NCBI GenBank assembly: GCA_963674705.1
Contig: OY771506.1
Coordinates: 4,928,001-4,992,000, forward strand
Origin: Phycisphaeraceae bacterium
GTDB lineage: Bacteria > Planctomycetota > Phycisphaerae > Phycisphaerales > Phycisphaeraceae
Length of the DNA stretch: 64,000 bases
Direction of reading: 5' to 3'
Shown here: in pieces, positions 9,788 to 19,734 of the stretch
How positions within the stretch are numbered: the stretch's first letter is position 1
Layout: every line of letters starts with the position of its first letter
Made by a program: the position numbers and the translations under genes
The notes under the pieces: model-generated
The model's input: only the letters and a program-made list of their open reading frames with translations
What the model was told of the DNA's origin: nothing
Databases searched by the model: none

Positions 9788-11980
9788 ATGAAACGACTCG
9801 TTGCACCGTCGGTATTTGTTCTTGCGCTGTGTGCGCTACTGGTTACGAGCGTCGCGGCCGAACCGCTGCGTCTGCCCGCGATCTTCAGCGATCATATGGT
9901 GCTGCAACAAGGGACGCCCGTCGCGGTCTGGGGCTGGGCGGATGCGGGCGATGAAGTCACGGTGACATTCAACGGCCAAAGCGTCAGCGACACGGCAGAC
10001 GCTGAAGGTGAGTGGCGCGTTAATCTGAAACCTCTACAAGCCAGCGCAGAACCGGCGGAGTTGATCGTCAAATCCGGCGATGAAACGCTGACGGTCAGAG
10101 ATGTGCTGGTCGGTGAGGTGTGGTTGTGCTCCGGGCAATCGAACATGGAGTGGCGTGTCGAAAACGTGAACAACGCGGAGCAGGAAGTCGCCGATGCGAA
10201 TTGGCCCTTGATCCGACACATCGATGCACCGCACCGCCCTTCCATGCTGCCGCAGGATGATATCGAAACGCAGTGGGAAGTCTGCTCACCTGAAACGGTC
10301 GGCGACTTCACCGCGGTGGGATACTTCTTCGGCCGCAAGTTACACCAGGAACTGGATGTGCCGATCGGCCTGGTGAATTGCTCGTGGGGCGGGACGCGCA
10401 TCGAGCCCTGGACGCCGTTGACGGGTTTTGCGCAGGTGCCTGCGTTGGATGCGTTGTATCAAGTGATCAGGTCCAAGCAGCCGGACAGCGTTTCGTACAG
10501 GACCGCGGCTGAGCAATACATCAAAGCGATGCGACAGTGGGCGGATCAAGCGGAAGAAAATCTTTCGCAAAAGCAGTTGATATCCGAGCCGCAGCCGTTT
10601 CCGCAGCAGTTCGTTCCATATACCGACCGGCAAGACCCGACGACGTTGTACCGGGGGATGATGGACCCGTTCACGCCTTACACAATCCGTGGCTCGATCT
10701 GGTACCAGGGCGAAGCGAACCGCGCCGATGGCATGATGTACCTGGAGAAAACACGTGCATTACTGCTGGGTTGGCGGCAGGTGTGGGAGAAGCCGGACCT
10801 CCCCTACTACTTCGTGCAGATCGCGCCGTACCGGTATGGCAATGAAAATCCGCAGGTGCTTGCACGGCTCTGGGAAGCACAAGAAGCGATCGAGAAAGAA
10901 ATCGACAACACGGGCATGGTGGTCGTCAACGACATCGCCAACCTCGAAGACATCCACCCGCGTAACAAGCAGGACGTCGGGGCCCGGCTGGCGAACATGG
11001 CGCTGAAGCGTGACTACGGCCGAAAGGAAATCGTCGACAGCGGGCCGCGCTACAAGTCGATGCGTGTTGAAGGCAACAAGCTGTTGGTGACATTCGATAA
11101 CGCGGCTGATGGTTTGAAGTCGCGCGATGGCGAAGCCTTGAACTGGTTCGAGCTGGCCGGTGAAGCACAGCCGTGGACGGAAGCGAAGGCGGAAGTCGTA
11201 TCGAAGGACACGGTGGCGGTGTCGGCTGAAGGGATCGACAAGCCTGTCGCGGTGCGTTTTGCCTGGGACAAGCTGGCGGTGCCGAACCTGGTCAACAGTG
11301 TCGGGCTGCCGACCTCGCCCTTCCGCGCAGGCGAGCCGCCGAAGCTGGACTTCCTCTCTTTGAACGTGCCGGAGAGCAAGGATTATGAGCTGATTTACGA
11401 GCTTGATCTGAGGAAACTGGGACCGCAGATCGAGTACGACATCGACAACAGCAAATCGTTCGGCAAAAAGTTCGACCGCATCGCGTATTACATCGAGCTT
11501 AGTGATGGCGAAGACAACCCGCAGTGGGCGTATGTGTCGATGGACGCGTTCACGGATAAGCTTGCGCTGATCGGTTTGCCGGTGTTTGGGCTGGGCGCTG
11601 AGTTTCAGCAAGGCGTCAGCAGCCTGGTCGTTGCATCCAATGTCGGTGGTGTGCCAAACAAGTCCGGAGTCAACGGTAACATCGAGTTTTGGCCGAACAA
11701 TTACAGCGCCTCAAACAGCGCCAATGTCCCCGGCGCATCTGAGTCTGAATATGACACGGGTGATGCCATCAGCAGCTCAAAAGAGAACGGCTACGGCTGC
11801 ATGCAGGTGCACGTGATCGATCCGAGAGCAACCGTGTTTGCGATTAACAATTGGAAAAGCAGCTCACCAGATATCGGCATCGGAACCAACCCCGAGGGTC
11901 ATCCGGACTGGACGTTTTCAAAGTCGGGCGATCGGTATGAAGTCAAGCGTTTGAAGGTGCTGGTAAGACCGGTGAAGTAA
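9788..11980 (+). CDS. Secreted sialate O-acetylesterase (SGNH) with extra C-terminal domain
   Basis: Signal peptide; FSDHMVLQ, GEVWLCSGQSNM, WYQGEAN, DIHPRNK motifs; ATG at 9788 after GGAGG. Confidence 0.88.
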   Translation: MKRLVAPSVFVLALCALLVTSVAAEPLRLPAIFSDHMVLQQGTPVAVWGWADAGDEVTVTFNGQSVSDTADAEGEWRVNLKPLQASAEPAELIVKSGDETLTVRDVLVGEVWLCSGQSNMEWRVENVNNAEQEVADANWPLIRHIDAPHRPSMLPQDDIETQWEVCSPETVGDFTAVGYFFGRKLHQELDVPIGLVNCSWGGTRIEPWTPLTGFAQVPALDALYQVIRSKQPDSVSYRTAAEQYIKAMRQWADQAEENLSQKQLISEPQPFPQQFVPYTDRQDPTTLYRGMMDPFTPYTIRGSIWYQGEANRADGMMYLEKTRALLLGWRQVWEKPDLPYYFVQIAPYRYGNENPQVLARLWEAQEAIEKEIDNTGMVVVNDIANLEDIHPRNKQDVGARLANMALKRDYGRKEIVDSGPRYKSMRVEGNKLLVTFDNAADGLKSRDGEALNWFELAGEAQPWTEAKAEVVSKDTVAVSAEGIDKPVAVRFAWDKLAVPNLVNSVGLPTSPFRAGEPPKLDFLSLNVPESKDYELIYELDLRKLGPQIEYDIDNSKSFGKKFDRIAYYIELSDGEDNPQWAYVSMDAFTDKLALIGLPVFGLGAEFQQGVSSLVVASNVGGVPNKSGVNGNIEFWPNNYSASNSANVPGASESEYDTGDAISSSKENGYGCMQVHVIDPRATVFAINNWKSSSPDIGIGTNPEGHPDWTFSKSGDRYEVKRLKVLVRPVK

Positions 11981-12082
11981 GTGAAGGCCGCATCGACCTC
12001 AGCGCGCGAGCTGGCAGCTCGCGGCTAAATGGGCGCGTCTGTTAGGTCCGCGGCTGGTTGAAAAGCACGTTAATTACAGCGA

Positions 12083-13417
12083 TTAGCCGGGCAGACGTAT
12101 CAGGGCGTGGTAGCCGCCGTCCTGGTACGTTGCCCCCCTACCGCTGGGCCAGGCCTGGTGTTCGTGTTCGATTTTGCCTCGGACGCGGTGGCTGATCCAG
12201 TTGGCCTGATCGTTGTTCTCTTCTTTTTCCATACTGCAGGTGCTGTAGAGCACGACGCCGCCGGGCACGACCCAGTCCAGTGTCTGGCGTAGGATGTCGC
12301 GTTGCAGTTGCACGAGCGTGTTGAGTGATTTGGTATCGAAGCGGTAACGTGCTTCGGGGCGACGCGCGAGAACCGCAGTATTTGAGCACGGAACGTCTAA
12401 TAGCAGCAGGTCGATCTTCTCTCGCGGCTCAGCGTCCGGGCCGACGACGATGACGTTCTTGCAGGTCTTGGTCGCGCGTTGGAGGGCAGCACGGCGTTCG
12501 TTGTCGACATCGGTCGCGGCGATCGTGGCATCGGGGAACAGTGCGGCGAGTTGGCGTGTTTTCGTGCCGCGGCCGGCGCAGAAGTCCATCGCGCGATTCA
12601 CTGACAGATTCGCTGCTGAACGTACGGGCAATGAGGAGGCCGGGTCCTGCACGCGGCGCTGCGGGTGTTGATCGAGGAACGCTCGAAGCTCTTTTTGATC
12701 CGCTTGCCAGACGAGGAATCCCGGTGTTTCGTGCGGCTGGTATTGCTCGGTGGTTTCGTGTTTAAAGCCCTGTTCGACAGCGACGATGGTCGGGGGCGTT
12801 TCAATGCCGTGCTTGCAGAAGTCGGCGACGCGCTGCTTGCCGTGGGGCTGCATCCAGCGGTTGATGATGGCACGGGGGTGGCTGGTGGCGACGGCAAGGT
12901 ACCGCGACGCCAGCTCGATCGGCGGAAGCAGATCGCCATTGAGCAGCACGCAGCCGTTATCGAGCGGCAACCGATCCCGCGCGGGTTTCCATGGCGTATC
13001 TTCTTCGACGGCCTTGACCATCTCCGCCACGCGTCGCAAGACGGCGTTAACCATCCCCGCCGCGCCGGGACGGACCAGTTCACGAGCCAGGTTGACCTGC
13101 TCGTCGACCACGGCATGCGTCGGCAAGCGGTGCATGAACAGTAACTGCGCCGCACCGGTCAACAGCACGGCCTGCATCGGTGGCTCAAGCGTGTGGATCG
13201 GTTTTTCAAGCTCGCGATTCAGCAGGTATTCAAGCGTGATCCAGCGCTGCAAGACCGTGCGGTGGATGGCAGTCGCGAGCGCAGCATCCCGAGGGTCGAG
13301 GCCCAGGACGTCGAGCTGGATCGCGGGCAGATCGGGAAAGCGTTTCGCTGCGTTTATGAGAGAAACAGCGGCGGCGGCTCTTGCGTTAACGGGGCGTTTG
13401 TTTCGGCCTGGGGGCAT
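12083..13417 (-). CDS. RsmB/Sun-like rRNA m5C methyltransferase with NusB-like N-domain
   Basis: HAVVDEQV..GMVNAVLR (NusB-like), VQDPAS, DFCAGRGTKT, DVPCS, YSTCS. Confidence 0.85.
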   Translation of the reverse strand: MPPGRNKRPVNARAAAAVSLINAAKRFPDLPAIQLDVLGLDPRDAALATAIHRTVLQRWITLEYLLNRELEKPIHTLEPPMQAVLLTGAAQLLFMHRLPTHAVVDEQVNLARELVRPGAAGMVNAVLRRVAEMVKAVEEDTPWKPARDRLPLDNGCVLLNGDLLPPIELASRYLAVATSHPRAIINRWMQPHGKQRVADFCKHGIETPPTIVAVEQGFKHETTEQYQPHETPGFLVWQADQKELRAFLDQHPQRRVQDPASSLPVRSAANLSVNRAMDFCAGRGTKTRQLAALFPDATIAATDVDNERRAALQRATKTCKNVIVVGPDAEPREKIDLLLLDVPCSNTAVLARRPEARYRFDTKSLNTLVQLQRDILRQTLDWVVPGGVVLYSTCSMEKEENNDQANWISHRVRGKIEHEHQAWPSGRGATYQDGGYHALIRLPG

Positions 13418-13426
13418 GGGAATCGA

Positions 13427-15148
13427 TCAGGCCTGCGGTTGTTCTGTGGGATTGTCAGCGGGTTTGGGCAGCGTCAAACCCAAGGCTTTGTGCACTTCTT
13501 CCAGAAGCTGTTCAACCTTGAAGGGCTTGAACATCACGCTGGACAGACCGTCCTGGCTGGCGCGGACGATCGAGTGGTGCGGGTCGTACCCGAAGCCGGT
13601 CATGAGGATGACGGGCATGTCTTCACGGCGGCGGCGTGCGGCGGCGAAGATTTCGTAGCCGTTGCGGTAAGGCATCTTGATGTCGGAGATGACCAGATCG
13701 AAGTTGTCCTGCTCCAGACAGGTACAGCTTTCGTAGCCGTCCTTACACATCTCGACCTTGCAGCCGGCCTTGGTCAGTACATCGCGGATCGCGGTGCGGA
13801 TGTTGGATTCGTCGTCGGCAACGAGAATACGCTTGCCCTTGAGCCCCGGGTCGGTCGCGCCGAGGTCGGGTTCCCTTGAGCCAAGCACGACGTTGGGTCC
13901 GGCGGCGACGTGCTTGACGGACTCGCGTATCGACTCGATGTGTTCGATGATGCGGTTGAGCCGGCCGCGCATATTGTCGTCGCCGATGTATTCCTCGATG
14001 AGCGTTTGTGCTTCAGAGACGACCTCGGCCAACGGGTGGGCCATCTCCTGGACGACGCTCTCGGTGATCTGTCCGCTGGTGGTGCAGCGTTCGGTGACCA
14101 GGAGGTTGAGGATGTTCAGCGCCATGCCGACGTATCGGCCGAAGATTTCCGCGAACTGGCGGTCGTCTTCGTTGAACGCGCCAACCGATTCAGATTCGAT
14201 GTTGTAGACGCCGACGACCTTATCGAGCACCTTCAGCGGCACGGTCAATGAACTCTTGCAGTGGCGCAGGCCCAGGACGTAGCGCGGGTCTTTTTCGGTA
14301 TCGTGGCAGATGTAGCTACGGCCGGTCGTGGCGACGTAGCCGGAGATGCCGTTGCCTTCCGGCTGGGCGTAGAGATCGATTTCCAGCGCCTCGGAGGGCA
14401 GTCCCTCAGCGATGACCACTTCGAGCTTGCCGGTGCGCTTGTCGAGCAGGCGGACGGCGAAGTGGTCGAAGCGCATCAGGTTCTTGGAATACTTGATGAT
14501 CTTCTCTTGCAGCAGACGCAGACGTTCGCTGGGCGAGAGCTTGGCGATGGCGTCGGACTCGATACGGGAAAGCTCACGGCCGGCGGAGTCGATCGCGTCG
14601 ATCTTGCCTTGCAGCCGGCGGCCACTGGTGGCATCCCAGACGACGGCGACGACCTGCTGGACCTCGCCCTCATCGGTCGTGACCGGCGAGCAGATCATCT
14701 CGAAGTAATTATCCTGAACCTGGAAGGTGTACTTCTTGCTGCGAGGTCGGGAAGTATCGCTGAGCGGGCCGGACTGTGTGGAGAATACACTCAAGGCTTG
14801 AACGCAGACCTGTCGGACATGCTGGGAGACGGCAGGGGTGAAGCCGCGCATTTTGCGGTTGGACCATGTCATCCGCCCGTCGGTGTCGACGATACAGACG
14901 CCTTCGCCGATGGTGTTGAGCACGAGGCTGGATTTTTCGCCGACCAGCGCGCGTTCCAGCGGCAGGAAGTCCCCGACGTCGGCAAAGACAGCGTTGTAGT
15001 TATGGGTGCGCAAGGCGTCCATCGCCTCGTCCATCCCGTCAAAGACATCGACCTGGAAAACGCGCTGCAATTCCTGCGTTATCGGGAACTCGCGAGAGAC
15101 CTTCCCGTTAAGGATCAGGATACGAGGCCGATTTTCGTCCATAGACAC
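13427..15148 (-). CDS. Multidomain response regulator (REC-like, PAS, GAF, degenerate HisKA, REC)
   Basis: C-terminal receiver ILVADDE..DLVISDIKMP..MTGFG..KPF; GAF GISGYVATTG..DPRY..LTVPL; PAS IGEGVCIVD. Confidence 0.85.
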   Translation of the reverse strand: MSMDENRPRILILNGKVSREFPITQELQRVFQVDVFDGMDEAMDALRTHNYNAVFADVGDFLPLERALVGEKSSLVLNTIGEGVCIVDTDGRMTWSNRKMRGFTPAVSQHVRQVCVQALSVFSTQSGPLSDTSRPRSKKYTFQVQDNYFEMICSPVTTDEGEVQQVVAVVWDATSGRRLQGKIDAIDSAGRELSRIESDAIAKLSPSERLRLLQEKIIKYSKNLMRFDHFAVRLLDKRTGKLEVVIAEGLPSEALEIDLYAQPEGNGISGYVATTGRSYICHDTEKDPRYVLGLRHCKSSLTVPLKVLDKVVGVYNIESESVGAFNEDDRQFAEIFGRYVGMALNILNLLVTERCTTSGQITESVVQEMAHPLAEVVSEAQTLIEEYIGDDNMRGRLNRIIEHIESIRESVKHVAAGPNVVLGSREPDLGATDPGLKGKRILVADDESNIRTAIRDVLTKAGCKVEMCKDGYESCTCLEQDNFDLVISDIKMPYRNGYEIFAAARRRREDMPVILMTGFGYDPHHSIVRASQDGLSSVMFKPFKVEQLLEEVHKALGLTLPKPADNPTEQPQA

Positions 15149-15260
15149 TACTCACAGCACAGGACAGTTACCATTGCCGACAGTTACATATCGATCACGC
15201 GGCAAAGAACCCTTGATTCTACTACATTGCGAGATCGGGTCCCACTACAGGATCGGAGAT

Positions 15261-16283
15261 TTATAACCTTCGGCTGACCACCGAATCCGCCAGTTCCAGC
15301 AGGCTCATGCGGGCGGGTGTGTCTTGCAGGTGGTCAATTATGCCCGATTTAGCCTTTTCGATGAGCTGAATGGCTTTTTCTCGGGCGTACGCAAGGGAAT
15401 TGTAGGCATCCAGAAGCTCGCGGACGCGCTGCGAGCCTTCGAGTGCTTGTGTTTCCGATAATGTTGGGTCGGCCTGCTGTCGCAGCAACGGGGGTAATTC
15501 GTCACAACCTGTCGCCAGGGCGTGGATTAGCGGCAGTGTAAGTTTGCCCTTGGCAAGGTCCCGGCCGAGGCTTTTGCCGACGGTTTGCGGGTCGCCGGTC
15601 AGGTCCAGCACATCATCGATGATCTGGAAGGCAATGCCGAGGGTTTCACCGTAGTTGTACAGCGCCTCGGCGGTATCGGGGGCACAATCGCTCAGTTCCG
15701 CGGCAACCTGGCAACAGGCGCCGCAGAGGCTGGCGGTCTTGCGGGTGATGATCTTGAAGTAGGTCTTTTCATCCAGCGACAGGTCATGGCGGCGGGATAG
15801 TTGCAGCAGCTCGCCCTCGCAGACGGTATTGGTCGCGTGGGCGATCATCCGGCTTATTTTGCTTTTCCCGAGGCTGGTGCATAGGTGGTAGGCGTGGCTG
15901 ATGAGGTAGTCGCCGAGCATGACGGCGGCCTCGTTGCCCTGCAGGTGGTTGATGGTCTGGCCCTTGCGACGCATCTGTGCTTCGTCGAGCACATCGTCGT
16001 GGATAAGTGTGGCCATGTGAACCATTTCCACCACGGCGGCGGCGGTAAGGTGGGCCGGTTGGGTCCTTTCACGGCCGGGCTCGATAGCCATTGTGGTCAG
16101 CAGCACCAGCATGGGTCGGAGCATCTTGCCGTGGTAGCGTTGGGCGTGCTCGACAAGCTCATTGACACACCCCAGATCGCTTTTAAGTTCAGCAGCGAAC
16201 AGCTTTCTGACTTCCGCCAGATCCTTGTCGAGCCGACCTCGTAGGGTGTCGTCCTGGGTTGTGAGTACGGACATCCGGTTCAA
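15261..16283 (-). CDS. Polyprenyl synthetase family protein
   Basis: GKMLRP, LIHDDVLD..RRKG, FQIIDDVLD, GKLTLP; start may be a few codons downstream. Confidence 0.93.
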   Translation of the reverse strand: MNRMSVLTTQDDTLRGRLDKDLAEVRKLFAAELKSDLGCVNELVEHAQRYHGKMLRPMLVLLTTMAIEPGRERTQPAHLTAAAVVEMVHMATLIHDDVLDEAQMRRKGQTINHLQGNEAAVMLGDYLISHAYHLCTSLGKSKISRMIAHATNTVCEGELLQLSRRHDLSLDEKTYFKIITRKTASLCGACCQVAAELSDCAPDTAEALYNYGETLGIAFQIIDDVLDLTGDPQTVGKSLGRDLAKGKLTLPLIHALATGCDELPPLLRQQADPTLSETQALEGSQRVRELLDAYNSLAYAREKAIQLIEKAKSGIIDHLQDTPARMSLLELADSVVSRRL

Positions 16284-16393
16284 TTCCTGGGTGGACCGTC
16301 GAGGGTAGATAAGTGATTGTAGCCACGCAACAGAAGCCGTGCAGAGTCCGGTATGATAGGGATATTCTCAGGAATCCGACACTAAATATTAAG

Positions 16394-16422
16394 TTGACAG
16401 GGTTTGCGCTCGATTCTACTGT
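16394..16422 (+). promoter_or_regulatory. Candidate sigma70 promoter for the Ser/Thr kinase gene
   Basis: TTGACA (16394-16399), 17-nt spacer, TACTGT. Confidence 0.45.
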
Positions 16423-16496
16423 CGTTACAATAGGTAAACCGACCCGCGAGGATGGCGGGTGGCGCTCCGAGGCTCCTTTCAGCTCGTCTGGTCAAG

Positions 16497-17762
16497 ATGA
16501 CAGAAACGAATCAACCCGGCTCAGATACACTGCTCGGCAAGCTGCTGGTAGACCGCGGCCTGGCGACCAAGGAAGACATCGAACTGTGTCTGCGCAAGCA
16601 GCGAGAGATCTCGCTGGAGTCCAGCGCCGTCGGTGAGGACGAAGCACCCAATCAGCGCAGCTTCGCACAGGTCGTCATCGAAGAGGGCATCGCAACCCAG
16701 AAGCAGATCGAGCGGCTGCGTCCGGAAGTCGAAGAGCAGAGCGGCAAGCGACAGATACCGGGCTACCAGATCCTTGAAAGGCTCGGCGCCGGTGCGATGG
16801 CGACGGTCTACAAAGCACGGCAACTGAACCTCGATCGCATGGTCGCGATCAAAGTGCTGCCCCGCAAGCACACGAATAATGATGACTTCGTGAAGCGTTT
16901 CTATGCCGAGGGCAAGGCTGCCGCAAAGCTGAACCACCCGAACATCATCGGCGCGATCGACGTGGGCCAGGCGGGCGATACGCACTACTTCGTCATGGAA
17001 TATGTCGAGGGCCGCAGCGTCTTCGAGGAAATCCAAGATAACGGGCCATACAAGGAAGAAGACGCGCTTCGGATCGCGATCGATGTGACTCGAGCGCTTG
17101 AGCACGCTCATAAGGCCGGTTTCGTTCACCGTGATGTGAAGCCCAAGAACATCATGATGACGGTGGACAACGTCGCGAAGCTGGCGGACATGGGTCTGGC
17201 TCGTGCGGTCAGTGATCGTGAAGCCGCGGAAGCCGAAGCCGGCAAAGCGTTCGGCACCCCCTACTACATCTCGCCCGAGCAGATCAAGGGCGAAGTCGAT
17301 GTCGACAAGCGGGCTGACATCTACAGCCTCGGCTGCACGCTCTATCACATGGTGACCGGCCGCGTGCCGTTCGATGGCCCGAATCCCTCGGCGGTGATGC
17401 GCAAGCACCTGAACACGGACGTGACGCCGGTCGACCACATCAACCACGAACTGACGCGCGGGCTGGCGGAGATCATCGAGGTCTGCATGGCCAAGGACCG
17501 CAAGCAGCGCTACAGCAATGCCGGCGACCTGCTGCGCGACCTGGAGGCGGTTGCCCGTGGTGAAGCCCCGCCGCACGCTCGCAAGATGTTCGACCTGTCA
17601 GAACTCTCGGCCTTGGATCAGAGCGCCGGCGCGATGGAGATCGTCACGCTGCCTCAGCCAGAGCCGTTGGTTGAATCTCCCTTGTTCTGGGTGGCGGCGA
17701 TCGGCTGGTTCGGCGTAGTGATGCTGCTGATCGTCGTGGTCGTGATGCTCTCTCAAGCCTGA
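16497..17762 (+). CDS. Hanks-type Ser/Thr protein kinase with C-terminal membrane anchor
   Basis: LGAGAMATVY, VAIKVL, HRDVKPKN, DMGLAR, GTPYYISPEQ; hydrophobic C-terminal helix. Confidence 0.95.
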   Translation: MTETNQPGSDTLLGKLLVDRGLATKEDIELCLRKQREISLESSAVGEDEAPNQRSFAQVVIEEGIATQKQIERLRPEVEEQSGKRQIPGYQILERLGAGAMATVYKARQLNLDRMVAIKVLPRKHTNNDDFVKRFYAEGKAAAKLNHPNIIGAIDVGQAGDTHYFVMEYVEGRSVFEEIQDNGPYKEEDALRIAIDVTRALEHAHKAGFVHRDVKPKNIMMTVDNVAKLADMGLARAVSDREAAEAEAGKAFGTPYYISPEQIKGEVDVDKRADIYSLGCTLYHMVTGRVPFDGPNPSAVMRKHLNTDVTPVDHINHELTRGLAEIIEVCMAKDRKQRYSNAGDLLRDLEAVARGEAPPHARKMFDLSELSALDQSAGAMEIVTLPQPEPLVESPLFWVAAIGWFGVVMLLIVVVVMLSQA

Positions 17763-17888
17763 GACCCACCCTTTTCGATCCCAATTGGCTAAGAATCCGG
17801 GCCTTGGAACAATCCGAGGCGTTCGGTGGTTATACCTGTTGATAACAACAACCGATATGTGTACTGAGGACCGCCCGGCTTATTTACC

Positions 17889-18431
17889 ATGGCAGAGAAT
17901 ACCCCCCAAAACGCGACCGGCATGCCTGCCGAGCAGAGCAGGTCTAACACGAAGAATCACGTTTGGCTTTTCATTTTTGTAATTGCGGTGCTGCTGGCGG
18001 TTATCACGTTGGCAGGCCAATTGCGTCAACAGAATGCGGCGGACCACGGCCTGGTGGAGTGGCGTGGCAGCTATGACGCGGCGGTGCTGGAAGCGGCGGA
18101 CAACGGTAAGCCCATCCTGCTTGTGTTCGGCGCGCAGTGGTGTCAGCCCTGCAAGCAGATGAAGGCGTTTGTGTATTCCGACCAGAAAGTCGCTGACGCG
18201 ATCGAAGCGGACTTCGTGCCGTTCTATGCGGACCTGACCGATGAACAGGGGCCGAACGTGGCACTCGCCCAGCGGTACGGCGTGTCGAACATCCCGAGCC
18301 TGCTGGTGCTGGATGCTGAAGGCAACCCGGTTGCCGGCACGGTCGGCTATATGAACAAGGCTGAATTCATAGTGTGGTTGAGCAGCGCCGAACAGCGCTA
18401 CAATACCCCGGCGGTCACGACAGCCGGCTAA
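17889..18431 (+). CDS. Membrane-anchored thioredoxin family protein
   Basis: N-terminal TM helix, WCQPC active site, cis-Pro motif NIPS. Confidence 0.88.
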   Translation: MAENTPQNATGMPAEQSRSNTKNHVWLFIFVIAVLLAVITLAGQLRQQNAADHGLVEWRGSYDAAVLEAADNGKPILLVFGAQWCQPCKQMKAFVYSDQKVADAIEADFVPFYADLTDEQGPNVALAQRYGVSNIPSLLVLDAEGNPVAGTVGYMNKAEFIVWLSSAEQRYNTPAVTTAG

Positions 18432-18522
18432 CCCGCCCTTCGGCGCCTGACGGATCAGGCGGATTCAGCCGATACGCTTGCCGGGCGAATCCGTAAGGAC
18501 AAATCAAACGAAAGGCACAGCG

Positions 18523-19581
18523 ATGACAACACCGCTTGGCTCGCTTATTGAATGTGGCACGAAACTCTGGCTCGATTCGGTTGACCCACAGCTAACGGTC
18601 AAGAACCGCAAGATCGGCGCGACCGGGGCGACCTCCAATCCGATCATCGTCTCGGACCTGATCAAAACCGGGCGCTTCGATGACAAACTGACCGAGCTTT
18701 TCGAAGCCGGCCACGACGATGATGAAGTCGCGTGGTTGATGACGGACCACTTGGTGCAGCAAGCGCAGGATGTGTTCCTGCCTGTCTGGGAAGAAACGAA
18801 CGGCAACGACGGTTATGTCAGCTTTGAGTTGGACCCCTTATTGGAAGACAAGGAACTCGGGCCGAACCACGATACGCGCGTCAAGCGGTATATCGAGCTT
18901 GGCAAGCAGTGGTCGAAGGGCCACAAGAACCGGATGATCAAGGTGCCCGCCACGGATGCGGGATTGGATGCGCTGGAAGAACTGGCCGCGGCGGGGATCA
19001 CGCTGAACGTGACGCTGATTTTCTCTGAACGTCAATACAAAAAAGCACGCGAAGCGGTGTGGCGAGGCGCACAACGTCGCGCGGATGGGCTGGACGGATT
19101 CAAGAGCGTGTACAGCATTTTCGTTTCGCGCGTGGATGTGTACACGGACAAGCACGTACCGGAGCTGATTGATGCTGCCCAAGGACAGGTCGGCATCGTC
19201 AATGTCAAACGTCTATGGCAGCAGAACCAGGACTTCTGGGCCGACAAGGGGTTGAAGCTTCAGCAGGAAATCATCTTCGCCTCGACGGGCACGAAAAAGC
19301 CTGAGGACCCGGCCGACAAATACGTCGAAGCCCTGGCCGGCAGTGACATCCAGACCAACCCACCCGCTACCAATGATGCGGTGCAGGAGCTTGGCAAGAA
19401 ATATTCGCGCAAGGTCGATCAGATGCCTTCGCAGCTAGTGCTTGACGACATCGATGCGAAGGTCGACCAGGATGATCTGGAGAAGACGCTGATGGCGGAG
19501 GGCACTGCGAAGTTTGCCGATCCGCACAAGAAGCTGCTTGAACTGATCGGATCGAAGCGTGAATCGCTGGCAACGGCGTGA
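18523..19581 (+). CDS. tal: Transaldolase family protein
   Basis: LWLDS, ATSNP, GYVSFE.DP, MIKVPAT (Schiff-base Lys), NVTLIFS, ASTGTK. Confidence 0.88.
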   Translation: MTTPLGSLIECGTKLWLDSVDPQLTVKNRKIGATGATSNPIIVSDLIKTGRFDDKLTELFEAGHDDDEVAWLMTDHLVQQAQDVFLPVWEETNGNDGYVSFELDPLLEDKELGPNHDTRVKRYIELGKQWSKGHKNRMIKVPATDAGLDALEELAAAGITLNVTLIFSERQYKKAREAVWRGAQRRADGLDGFKSVYSIFVSRVDVYTDKHVPELIDAAQGQVGIVNVKRLWQQNQDFWADKGLKLQQEIIFASTGTKKPEDPADKYVEALAGSDIQTNPPATNDAVQELGKKYSRKVDQMPSQLVLDDIDAKVDQDDLEKTLMAEGTAKFADPHKKLLELIGSKRESLATA

Positions 19582-19607
19582 ATGCACCCAATACACCCAT
19601 GAATAGC

Positions 19608-19640
19608 AAAAGGCCGCGTCTTGCTGGACGTGGTCTTTTT
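19608..19640 (+). terminator. Intrinsic terminator after tal
   Basis: AAAAGGCCGCGTC-TTGCTG-GACGTGGTCTTTTT hairpin plus T run. Confidence 0.7.
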
Positions 19641-19734
19641 CATTCAGTAAAACGAGTTCATGTGTGTGAGTATGGATAGCTTACAATCACTGGGAAAACT
19701 CAAGGACAGTCCCTTCTGAATAAGGAACCGGGTA

